A DNA stretch of 64,000 bases from an uncultured Clostridium sp. (GTDB lineage Bacteria; Bacillota; Clostridia; TANB77; CAG-508), in assembly GCA_947367845.1 (NCBI GenBank), contig CANBES010000007.1, forward strand, positions 242 through 64,241, read 5' to 3'. Positions within the stretch are counted from its first letter, which is position 1. The number at the start of each line of letters is the position of its first letter. The position numbers and the translations under genes are program-made. Below are positions 19,789-28,419 of this stretch, piece after piece. The notes under the pieces are model-generated. The model was not told the DNA's origin. It searched no databases and worked only from the letters and a program-made list of their open reading frames with translations.

Positions 19789-20694
19789 ATGGGATTTTTC
19801 GACAAACTAAAACAAGGGATGAACAAAACAAAAAGTTCATTTGACGAAAAAATAAGCAACGTATTCAAAAGCTTCAAAAAAGTAGACGAAGACTTCTTAG
19901 ACGAACTAGAAGAAATACTAATAATGTCAGACATAGGAATGGACACATCAGTAAAAATAATAAACAATCTAAGAACAAGAATAAAAAAAGAAAAAATACA
20001 AGACGAAGAAGATGTCAAAAAAGCATTAAGAGAAGAAATGCAAAAAATACTAGACATAACAGACATAAGCTTACATTTAAATACAAAACCATCAGTAATA
20101 TTAGTAGTAGGAGTAAATGGAGTAGGAAAAACAACATCAATAGGAAAAATGGCAAACAGACTAGCAAAAGACGGAAAAAAAGTAGTAGTTGCAGCAGCAG
20201 ATACATTTAGGGCAGCAGCAGTAGAGCAACTAGAAATTTGGGCAAAAAGAGCAGGTGCAGACATAGTAAAAAGAGAAGAAGGTGTTGACCCAGCTTCAGT
20301 AGTTTATGACGCGATAAAAATAACAAGAGAAAAAAATGCAGACATATTAATTGTAGATACAGCAGGAAGATTGCACAATAAAAAATACTTAATGGATGAA
20401 TTGAATAAAATACAAAAAGTAATAAACAAAGAAATGGCAGAAGCAGACAAAGAAGTATTACTTGTAATAGACGGAGCAACAGGTCAAAATGCTATTTCTC
20501 AAGTAAAAGCTTTTAAAGAAGAAACAAATTTAACAGGACTAGTAATTACAAAATTAGACGGAACAGCAAAAGGCGGAGTGGCAATAGGAATAGTTGAGGA
20601 AAATCAAATTCCAATTAAATTTATTGGTGTTGGAGAACAAATTGACGATATGGAAATTTTTAATTCAGAAGATTTTGTAAAAGCTATAATTTAA
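19789..20694 (+). CDS. ftsY: signal recognition particle receptor FtsY
   Basis: SRP GTPase motifs GVNGVGKTT, DTAGR and TKLDG. Confidence 0.92.
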   Translation: MGFFDKLKQGMNKTKSSFDEKISNVFKSFKKVDEDFLDELEEILIMSDIGMDTSVKIINNLRTRIKKEKIQDEEDVKKALREEMQKILDITDISLHLNTKPSVILVVGVNGVGKTTSIGKMANRLAKDGKKVVVAAADTFRAAAVEQLEIWAKRAGADIVKREEGVDPASVVYDAIKITREKNADILIVDTAGRLHNKKYLMDELNKIQKVINKEMAEADKEVLLVIDGATGQNAISQVKAFKEETNLTGLVITKLDGTAKGGVAIGIVEENQIPIKFIGVGEQIDDMEIFNSEDFVKAII

Positions 20695-20704
20695 GAAATA
20701 AGGG

Positions 20705-23608
20705 ATGTTTAAACTTATGGGAGGTAAAATTGTGGATAATAATACAAAAAAAGTAGAAAAAACTACAATTGAAACAAAGAAAAATAAAATAAGAATGATT
20801 TTAGTTATACTATTTTTAATAGTATTTGCTGGAATAACTTATATTGGACTAAGGGGAAGTTACTTAGAATACTTAGAATTAGGAGAAAACTACACAAGCA
20901 TATTTAAGACAAATCAGATATATAAATATGGAATAATGGCAATTAATTTTGTAGCATTATATTTTATAATATATTTCACAAATAGAGGAATAAAAAAAGG
21001 CCTAAAAGTATTTTTCGAAAAAGAAAAGAAAGAAATGCCTAAATTACTAAATAAATCACTAGCATTAGTAATATCATCAATTACAAGTCTAGCTGTATCA
21101 AATATATTTGTACAAAAAATAATGTTAGTAGCAAATAGCACAGCATTTGGAATGCAAGACCCAATATATGGTCTAGATATAGCATATTATATATTCCAAA
21201 AACCACTAATAGAGTTAGCTTTAGTGTATGCAATAGTACTTCTAGTTGGATTATCAATATATACAGCTTTATATTACATAATAGTACTAAATAGGTATTT
21301 TGACGGCGTTGAAGGCAAAATGCTAAAAGAAAGTTTATTTATAAAAAAATTGATAAGAAACGTATTTCTAATTATACTATGTGTCGCAGCTATGACAGTG
21401 CTAAATACACAAAACATATTATATGGAAAAATATTATCTGTAAATGACGACATCGAAATAATAGGTGCTGGAATGACAGAAGCTACTGTTAAATTGTGGG
21501 GATTTGCAATATTTGCAGTTGTAATAGTAATATTTGCATATAGAGCAATAAAATACTTTAAAAAGGAAAATACTAATAGAGTACTAAGAAATCTTGCGGT
21601 TATACCAGGATATTTAGTAGTGCTATTTATAGTAATGTCCTTATTTGACCTAGTTTACGTGCAAAAAAATGAATTAGACAAAGAGAAAAAATACATACAG
21701 GAAAATATAGTAAATACAAAAAATGCTTATAATATCAACATAGAGGAAGAAAACTTAGAAAATTCAGGAACTATAACAAATTGGGAAGTAGAAGAAAGTA
21801 GCAATGTGATAAATAATATTCCAATTATGAGCAAAGAAACAGTATTAACAGCATTAGAAGATAGTCAAACTGGAACAGGATATTTCAAATACCCAAATGC
21901 AAATTTAGCAAAATATGATGTAAATGGAACAGAACAATTAGTATATGTAGCTCCAAGAGAAATTAAAAGTTCAGGAAGAACATACAATAACAAAACATAT
22001 GAATATACACATGGAATGGGTACAATAATTGCTTCAGCAACAAGGGCAAGTGAAGCGGGAAATGTTCAATACATACAAAAAGATGTATCAGGAAAAGATG
22101 AAGTAATAAATATTTCTGAGCCACGTATATACTTTGGTTTAGAGACAAAAGAAATTATAGCAACAAATGCTAAAAATAAGCAAGAATATGATTATACAGA
22201 TGAAAATGGAACAGATTATGCATCAACATATAATGGAAAAGCTGGAATGCAACTAGGATTTTTGGACAAGTTAATACTAGGAATTACAAAAGGAGACATC
22301 AACTTAGCATTCTCAGGAGAGATAACAAGTGATAGCAAAATTCTAATGAACAGAGAAATTAGAACAAGAGCTAAAAAAGCATTACCATATCTAATCTATG
22401 ACGAAGACCCATATACAGTAATAACAGATGAAGGTAAAATTGTGTGGGTATTAGATGCATATACAGTGTCTTCTAGTTATCCATATTCACAATACACAGC
22501 TATTGAACATGACGGAGTAAAAGAAAAAATAAATTACATTAGAAACTCTGTAAAGGTATTGATAGATAGCTATGACGGAACAATGACATTCTATATAACA
22601 GATAGAAATGACCCAATTGCAGTTGCATATCAAAAAATCTATCCAGAATTATTTATGCCATTAGGAACTGAATTACCAAAAGATATTGCTGAACATACAG
22701 TATATCCAGAATTTTTATATAACGTACAAGCAGAAGTACTAAAAGTATATCACAATGTAAAGCCAGACGTATTATACAGAGCAGACGATTTATGGGATAT
22801 ATCAAAACATAATTCGGCAAAGACTACTAAAGCAACAGGTACATATATGAAACCATATTACACAATGTTAAACACAGTTGACGGAGAAAAGTTCGGCTTA
22901 GTACAAACATACACGCCAAATGAAAAGCAAAATATAATATCATATTTAGTAGGAAGTACTGAAAATGGAAACAATCAATTGAAACTATACAAATTTTCAG
23001 CAGATAGCAATTTAGTAGGTCCAATGCAATTAGACAAACAAATAGAAGAAGATGAAATTATATCATCAGAATTGGAAGCATTAAACGTTACAGGAACAAG
23101 GCTAACTAAACAAATGCTTATAGTTCCAATAAAAAATACATTATTATATGTAGAACCAATTTACCAAACAATGCTAAATGAATCTGAAGTACCAATTCTA
23201 AAAAAAGTAATAGTAGCATCAGGAAACAAAGTAGCAATTGGAGATAACTTAAGTGAAGCGTTAGAAAATTTACTTTCTAAATATGCAGTTGACATACAAA
23301 TAGAAAATACAGATGATATTGAAGGACTAATAGAAGCAATTATAAAAGCAAATACCAATTTAACAGAATCCAACAAAAATGGGGATTGGGAAATGGTAGG
23401 TAAGGACATAAAGAAACTTCAAGAATTAATTGACTCTTTAGAAAAATTAAAGGAAGAAGAAGATAAGAAAAAAACTGATTTAGATAAAACAGACACAACA
23501 GAACAAATGCAAGATGACGAAAAAAACAATAATAATATTGTAGGTGTTGTTAATACATTAAATGGTTCTAATACTACAAATAATGTAAATAATACGAATA
23601 ATAGATAA
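20705..23608 (+). CDS. UPF0182 family large membrane protein
   Basis: ~960 aa with an N-terminal multi-TM region and a large soluble part. The start is ambiguous (ATG at 20705 or 20717, or GTG at 20732 after GGGAGG). Confidence 0.7.
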   Translation: MFKLMGGKIVDNNTKKVEKTTIETKKNKIRMILVILFLIVFAGITYIGLRGSYLEYLELGENYTSIFKTNQIYKYGIMAINFVALYFIIYFTNRGIKKGLKVFFEKEKKEMPKLLNKSLALVISSITSLAVSNIFVQKIMLVANSTAFGMQDPIYGLDIAYYIFQKPLIELALVYAIVLLVGLSIYTALYYIIVLNRYFDGVEGKMLKESLFIKKLIRNVFLIILCVAAMTVLNTQNILYGKILSVNDDIEIIGAGMTEATVKLWGFAIFAVVIVIFAYRAIKYFKKENTNRVLRNLAVIPGYLVVLFIVMSLFDLVYVQKNELDKEKKYIQENIVNTKNAYNINIEEENLENSGTITNWEVEESSNVINNIPIMSKETVLTALEDSQTGTGYFKYPNANLAKYDVNGTEQLVYVAPREIKSSGRTYNNKTYEYTHGMGTIIASATRASEAGNVQYIQKDVSGKDEVINISEPRIYFGLETKEIIATNAKNKQEYDYTDENGTDYASTYNGKAGMQLGFLDKLILGITKGDINLAFSGEITSDSKILMNREIRTRAKKALPYLIYDEDPYTVITDEGKIVWVLDAYTVSSSYPYSQYTAIEHDGVKEKINYIRNSVKVLIDSYDGTMTFYITDRNDPIAVAYQKIYPELFMPLGTELPKDIAEHTVYPEFLYNVQAEVLKVYHNVKPDVLYRADDLWDISKHNSAKTTKATGTYMKPYYTMLNTVDGEKFGLVQTYTPNEKQNIISYLVGSTENGNNQLKLYKFSADSNLVGPMQLDKQIEEDEIISSELEALNVTGTRLTKQMLIVPIKNTLLYVEPIYQTMLNESEVPILKKVIVASGNKVAIGDNLSEALENLLSKYAVDIQIENTDDIEGLIEAIIKANTNLTESNKNGDWEMVGKDIKKLQELIDSLEKLKEEEDKKKTDLDKTDTTEQMQDDEKNNNNIVGVVNTLNGSNTTNNVNNTNNR

Positions 23609-23645
23609 ATAAAGTTTTTACAGATGTATAAAAATTAAATAAAAA

Positions 23646-23682
23646 ATCCACCATAAATATAATAAATAAAGGTGGATTTTTT
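23646..23682 (+). terminator. terminator hairpin
   Basis: atccacc / ggtggat stem followed by a T-run. It overlaps the RBS of the next gene. Confidence 0.5.
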
Positions 23683-24004
23683 ATGTTTATAAGGAAGAAT
23701 AAAGTAGGAAAAAAGGAAAATTTGAAAGAAAAAATGAATATTTTGACATTTGCTATTGATAGTTTGAGTAGGATTTTAGAAGAAGGGAATTTTATTGAAC
23801 TTACGTATATATTAGGAAATAAAAAGGAAATTATAAAAAGAAATTTGCTTGCTGGTATATTTAGAGGAATTGGTATACGGCATAGGTGTTACTGTTATTA
23901 CTGCAGTTCTTATAATTTTGCTTCAAAAAATTGTGACGTTAAATATTCCTATTATTGGTGAATATATTGCTGATATTGTTGAAATTGTGGAGAAGAGCAG
24001 ATGA
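23683..24004 (+). CDS. DUF5665-like small membrane protein, frame interrupted at in-frame CGG 23878-23880 (a pseudogene by standard rules)
   Basis: Skipping C23878 gives ...FRGIGI|GIGVTVITAVLIILLQKIVTLNIPIIGEYIADIVEIVEKSR*, with the stop at 24002-24004. Confidence 0.6.
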
Positions 24005-24034
24005 TGTTTTTGGGGACGGAGCAAAAAAACATCG
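24003..24034 (+). repeat. GGGGACGG-loop hairpin, type A
   Basis: gatgttttt-GGGGACGGAGCAA-aaaaacatcg. Confidence 0.8.
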
Positions 24035-24071
24035 ATTTTAAACGTTTCTGTTTGTCAAAAAAATCCAACAA

Positions 24072-24123
24072 GGAGTGTCCCCAATGGCAAAAAATTGCCA
24101 AAAAGGACCGTCCTATTTGGCAA
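24072..24123 (-). repeat. GGGGAC-box hairpins (type B variants, reverse orientation)
   Basis: ggagtgtcccc...tggcaaaaaattgcca...ttgccaaaaaggaccgtcctatttggcaa. Confidence 0.65.
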
Positions 24124-24132
24124 TTTTAGTTA

Positions 24133-25347
24133 TTATTTTTCTAATTTATGAAATATTTTTTTACCTTTTTTCAAGATTGCAAAGCCTTGATCTAAATCTT
24201 TTTCAGATAATTTATAGTTAATGTCAGAGATTTTTTCGTCATTCAAAGATATAGCTCCTTGATTAATTAAAGTTCTAGCTTGACTTTTTGAAGGAGCAAT
24301 TCCTGTTAATACAATTGCATCTACAACAGAAATATTTACATCTTCTAATTTTGTAGTTGGCATATTTTCTAAACTTCCTTGACCATTAAATAGGGCATTA
24401 GCAGCTTCTTCAGCTCTTTTTGCTTCTTCTTCGCCATGGATTAGCTTAGTAATTTCATATGCTGCAATTTTTTTTGCTTCATTTATTTTTTCGTCTTTTA
24501 AATTAGCTAGTTCATCTATTTTTTCTGTTGGTAAAAATGTAAGCATTTTTAAAACTGTACCAACACTTGCATCTTCAACATTTCTCCAATATTGATAGAA
24601 TTCATATGGTGATGTTTTTTCTGGATTTAGCCATAATGCACCTTTTTCAGTTTTACCCATTTTTTTACCCTCTTTTGTTGTAAGAAGTTTAAATGTTAAA
24701 CCAAAAGAATCATCTTTTCCAATCTTTCTGATTAAATCAACTCCACCAATAATGTTAGACCATTGGTCATTTCCACCGATTTCTAATTTACATCCATATT
24801 CATTATATAAGTGCCAGAAATCATATGATTGCATTAACATATAGCTCATTTCGAAAAATGTTAATCCTGTTTCTAATCTTTGTTTATAACATTCTGCTGC
24901 AAGCATTTTATTTACTGAAAATAGACTTCCAATTTCTCTCATAAATTCTACAAATTTTATATTTGAAAACCAATCAGCGTTATTTACCATAATTGCAGCA
25001 TTTTCGCCTTCAAAGCTAATTAATTTAGATATTTGTTGCTTTAGACATTCAACATTATATGCAAGTTCTTCTTGAGAAAGCATTTTTCTCATATCTGTTT
25101 TTCCAGAAGGATCACCAACTGCTGCTGTTGCACCACCTACTAAGATGATTGGTCTATGTCCAGCTTTTTGTAAATGGCTAGCAACCATTAACGAAACAAA
25201 GTGACCAATATGTAAGCTGTCTGCTGTTGGGTCTATTCCAATATAAAATGATATTTTTTCTTTTCCTAAAAGTTCTTTTATTTCTTTTGGATGTGTCAAT
25301 TGTTCAATATAGTTTCTTTCCTCTAATATATCCATTACGTTTTGCAT
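24133..25347 (-). CDS. tyrS: tyrosine--tRNA ligase
   Basis: HIGH motif (SLHIGH), KMSKS-like KMGKT, and a C-terminal S4-like domain. The start is taken at MQNVMDIL. Confidence 0.92.
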   Translation of the reverse strand: MQNVMDILEERNYIEQLTHPKEIKELLGKEKISFYIGIDPTADSLHIGHFVSLMVASHLQKAGHRPIILVGGATAAVGDPSGKTDMRKMLSQEELAYNVECLKQQISKLISFEGENAAIMVNNADWFSNIKFVEFMREIGSLFSVNKMLAAECYKQRLETGLTFFEMSYMLMQSYDFWHLYNEYGCKLEIGGNDQWSNIIGGVDLIRKIGKDDSFGLTFKLLTTKEGKKMGKTEKGALWLNPEKTSPYEFYQYWRNVEDASVGTVLKMLTFLPTEKIDELANLKDEKINEAKKIAAYEITKLIHGEEEAKRAEEAANALFNGQGSLENMPTTKLEDVNISVVDAIVLTGIAPSKSQARTLINQGAISLNDEKISDINYKLSEKDLDQGFAILKKGKKIFHKLEK

Positions 25348-25408
25348 AATTTTCAGTCCTTTCTTGTGGCACAAGCTTATATGAATTTTAGTGATAATTC
25401 TTGTGCTA

Positions 25409-25693
25409 TTAATTAAATGTTATTCCTGTAAAACCAAAGTTGCTTTCTGCATCTATGTTGTTTAGTTCTTTTCCATAGTTTTTTAGTTCATCATATCCTA
25501 AAAAACGATTTAGGTTTTTTATTGATATTCCTGTTTCTCCTGATATTGTTTCTAGTGAATTTGTTAGTCCATTTTCTTTTATGTATGTTTTAAATGTTGA
25601 TAATTCGAAGTTGTCTTTACTACTACATTTTGGGCATACGTTTCCTTCTGCTACATAAAAGTTTCCACATCTTGTACATCTATTGAATTCCAT
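25409..25693 (-). CDS. small zinc-ribbon protein (YvyF/TIGR03826-like)
   Basis: CTRCG...CPKC N-terminal ribbon. GGAGGG RBS. Confidence 0.45.
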   Translation of the reverse strand: MEFNRCTRCGNFYVAEGNVCPKCSSKDNFELSTFKTYIKENGLTNSLETISGETGISIKNLNRFLGYDELKNYGKELNNIDAESNFGFTGITFN

Positions 25694-25889
25694 GTTTTAT
25701 TCCCTCCATTTTTTCTTTTGGTATGTTTTTCCTAAAATTTTCTACATTGTATCATAGTTTTTTGTAAATTTAAAGGTTTTTGTGAAATTTTGAGATGAAA
25801 AAATGAGGATTTTTTGTGAAAATAAAAAATAGACAAAAAATAACTAAAAAGACTAAAATGGCATAATTAAAAAAATTTCCCTGTAAGTA

Positions 25890-25918
25890 TTGACAAATTG
25901 CCATTTTTGTAATAAAAT
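25890..25918 (+). promoter_or_regulatory. sigma-A type promoter of the rplM-rpsI operon
   Basis: TTGACA, exactly 17 nt, then TAAAAT. The ~110 nt leader contains the hairpin aaatttataac/gttttaaattt. Confidence 0.6.
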
Positions 25919-26031
25919 AATTTGGTACTATGAGATAATATGATTTAAATTTATAACTTCTCCCCGGTAGTTTTAAATTTAGACTTCATATATAAATAAA
26001 AAATAAAATATATAGGAGGGTAACTATTACC

Positions 26032-26472
26032 ATGAATAATACTACATACAGTGCAAAAAAAGGTGAAGTTGAAAGTAAATGGTATATAATAGATGCAGCT
26101 AACAAACCATTAGGTAGAGTTGCAACAGAAGCAGCTTCATTATTAAGAGGAAAACACAAACCAACATTTACACCAAATATCGATATGGGAGACCATGTTA
26201 TAATACTAAATTGCAAAGATGCAATATTAACAGGAAACAAAATAAACCAAAAAGTTTACAGACACCACTCAGGTTATATTGGAGGAATGAAAGAAGTTTC
26301 TGCCAAAGTAATGCTTGAAAAAAATCCAGAAAAAGCTATGACATTAGCAGTAAAAGGAATGCTACCACACAACTCTTTAGGAAGACAAATGCTTAAAAAA
26401 CTAAGAGTATATGCAGGAGCTGAACACGAAAATCAAGCACAAAAACCAGAAGTATGGGAGGTAAGAAAATAA
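26032..26472 (+). CDS. rplM: 50S ribosomal protein L13
   Basis: 146 aa. [16 protein letters not shown] is typical of L13. Confidence 0.95.
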   Translation: MNNTTYSAKKGEVESKWYIIDAANKPLGRVATEAASLLRGKHKPTFTPNIDMGDHVIILNCKDAILTGNKINQKVYRHHSGYIGGMKEVSAKVMLEKNPEKAMTLAVKGMLPHNSLGRQMLKKLRVYAGAEHENQAQKPEVWEVRK

Positions 26473-26873
26473 TGGCAAAAAAAGAAAATATCGTTTACTA
26501 TGGTACAGGAAGAAGAAAAAATGCAATTGCAAGAGTTAGATTAGTAGAAGGAACAGGAAAAATAACAATAAACAAAAAAGACATCGAAGAATTCTTCGGA
26601 TTAGAAACATTAAAAGTAATCGTTAGACAACCACTTACAGTTACAAACACATTAGCAAAATATGATGTAATTGCTACTGTAAAAGGTGGAGGATTCACAG
26701 GTCAAGCAGGAGCTTTAAGACATGGAATAGCTAGAGCTTTAAATGAAGCAAACAGCGAATACAGACCAGCTCTTAAATCAAACGGATTCTTAACAAGAGA
26801 TTCTCGTATGAAAGAAAGAAAAAAATACGGTCTTAAAAAAGCAAGAAAAGCTCCACAATTCTCAAAAAGATAG
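26472..26873 (+). CDS. rpsI: 30S ribosomal protein S9
   Basis: [14 protein letters not shown]...[16 protein letters not shown] overlap with rplM. Confidence 0.95.
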   Translation: MAKKENIVYYGTGRRKNAIARVRLVEGTGKITINKKDIEEFFGLETLKVIVRQPLTVTNTLAKYDVIATVKGGGFTGQAGALRHGIARALNEANSEYRPALKSNGFLTRDSRMKERKKYGLKKARKAPQFSKR

Positions 26874-26903
26874 AAATTATATCAAATCAGATATACTTAC
26901 GGA

Positions 26904-26938
26904 AGAGCTACGAACACAGCAGTTTGTAGCTCTTTTTT
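26904..26938 (+). terminator. rho-independent terminator
   Basis: agagctac / gtagctct stem followed by TTTTTT. Confidence 0.75.
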
Positions 26939-27061
26939 GCATTATTTAGTAACTATATTAGGCAGGAAAAAGTTGCAAAACTTGACAAAAAATGAAAAAT
27001 AATATATACTAGGAACGTTAAACCAAAGGATGTAATATAATATAGTAAGGAGTAATACAAA

Positions 27062-28366
27062 ATGAAAAGTAAAAAGAATATAAAAAGCATTGTAATGCTT
27101 GCGGGTATAAGCATTGTAGCATTGTTTTTTATAAATATTAGTTTTGCTGCAAACACAGCCAAAGTAAGTGTCGAAACTGCTAACCTAAGAGAAACAGCAG
27201 ATACAAACTCTAAAATTCTAGAACTACTATCACAAAATCAAGAAGTAACAATACTAGAACAAGAAGGAGAATGGTACAAAGTAAAAGCACAAGGGATAAC
27301 AGGATATCTTAGACAAGATGTAATAACATTAAATGGAAGTGTACAAAACAATGCAGAACCAACAACAAGCAAAACTCAAGAACAACAAACAACAAACAAC
27401 GAAGAAAATCAAACAAACGAAACAGAAACACCAAAAGCAAACACAGAAAGCCAAACACAAAATAAAGACGAAAAAACAAAAAAAGTAGCAGAAGACACAA
27501 AACTAAAAATAGTACCAGCAATTAATGCAACAGAAACAATCGAAGTAAAAAAAGACCAAGAAGTAGTTATAATAGAAAAAATTAATGGTTGGGTATGTAT
27601 AGAAGTAGAAACAGTAAAAGGTTGGATAAGAGAAGAAAAGCTTAAAGCAGAACAAGAAGAGCAACAAACAATCAATCAAGAACAACCAACAGAGCAACCA
27701 GCTGAAAAAGTGTTAAAAACATTATATGTAAATACAGAAACAGTAAATTTAAGACAAGAAGCAAATACAACATCAGAAATAGTATCAAGACTAAAACTAA
27801 ATACAACAGTAGAAGTCTATGAAGAATTAGACGGCTGGTATAGAGTAAAAGTAGAGGGAAAAGCTGGATACATATCAGCATCACTACTATCAGATAAAAA
27901 ACAAGAAGTAACATCAAGAAGTTCAACAACATCAAGACAAAGCAATAATACAAATACAAATAAACCAGCAGAAACACAAAGCACAGCAGATCAAACGACA
28001 TCAAAAAAAGGAGCAACAGTAGTACAAACAGCAAGCAATTATATTGGATACAGTTATGTATATGGAGCTTCAGGGCCAAACAGCTTTGACTGTTCAGGAT
28101 TTACATCATATGTATACAGACTACACGGTGTAAACTTGAATAGAACAGCAGCAGGGCAATACAGCAACGGAACAGCAGTTGCAAGAAGTGACTTACAACC
28201 AGGAGATCTAGTGATGTTCGGAAAATCAGGAATAAACCATGTTGGAATATATATTGGCGGTGGAAACATAGTCCACGCAGCAAATAGACAAAGAGGAGTA
28301 ACAATAGACACAATAAACTCAGGTTACTACAATAACAACTATGTAGGAGCAAGAAGAGTAATCTAA
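27062..28366 (+). CDS. secreted cell-wall hydrolase with three SH3b domains and an NlpC/P60 domain
   Basis: Signal peptide, three SH3_3-like repeats (GW..V), and the C-terminal motif FDCSGF...HVGIY...H. Confidence 0.85.
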   Translation: MKSKKNIKSIVMLAGISIVALFFINISFAANTAKVSVETANLRETADTNSKILELLSQNQEVTILEQEGEWYKVKAQGITGYLRQDVITLNGSVQNNAEPTTSKTQEQQTTNNEENQTNETETPKANTESQTQNKDEKTKKVAEDTKLKIVPAINATETIEVKKDQEVVIIEKINGWVCIEVETVKGWIREEKLKAEQEEQQTINQEQPTEQPAEKVLKTLYVNTETVNLRQEANTTSEIVSRLKLNTTVEVYEELDGWYRVKVEGKAGYISASLLSDKKQEVTSRSSTTSRQSNNTNTNKPAETQSTADQTTSKKGATVVQTASNYIGYSYVYGASGPNSFDCSGFTSYVYRLHGVNLNRTAAGQYSNGTAVARSDLQPGDLVMFGKSGINHVGIYIGGGNIVHAANRQRGVTIDTINSGYYNNNYVGARRVI

Positions 28367-28419
28367 CAAAATAAGCAATTGAAAGGAAGATAAAAATAGA
28401 AACACAAAGGAAACAAACA

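Noticed and set aside
19614-20264. Long antisense ORFs opposite real genes. Examples are 19614-20264(-), 5411-5890(-), 10351-10851(-), 34731-35192(+), 62031-62720(-), 2639-3025(-), 13548-13955(-) and 27672-28079(-).
   Set aside because: They overlap well-supported conserved genes on the other strand. They encode low-complexity Leu/Phe/Ile/Ser-rich strings typical of AT-rich antisense frames, and they lack RBSs.
25348-26031. An expected T-box leader upstream of tyrS, and a possible L13 ribosomal leader upstream of rplM.
   Set aside because: I found no T-box consensus (reverse complement CGCGGTACCACC...) on the minus strand between tyrS and rplM, and tyrS is only 61 nt from the upstream zinc-ribbon gene. 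The rplM leader hairpin (aaatttataac/gttttaaattt) is real, but I cannot verify a match to the L13 leader family by eye.
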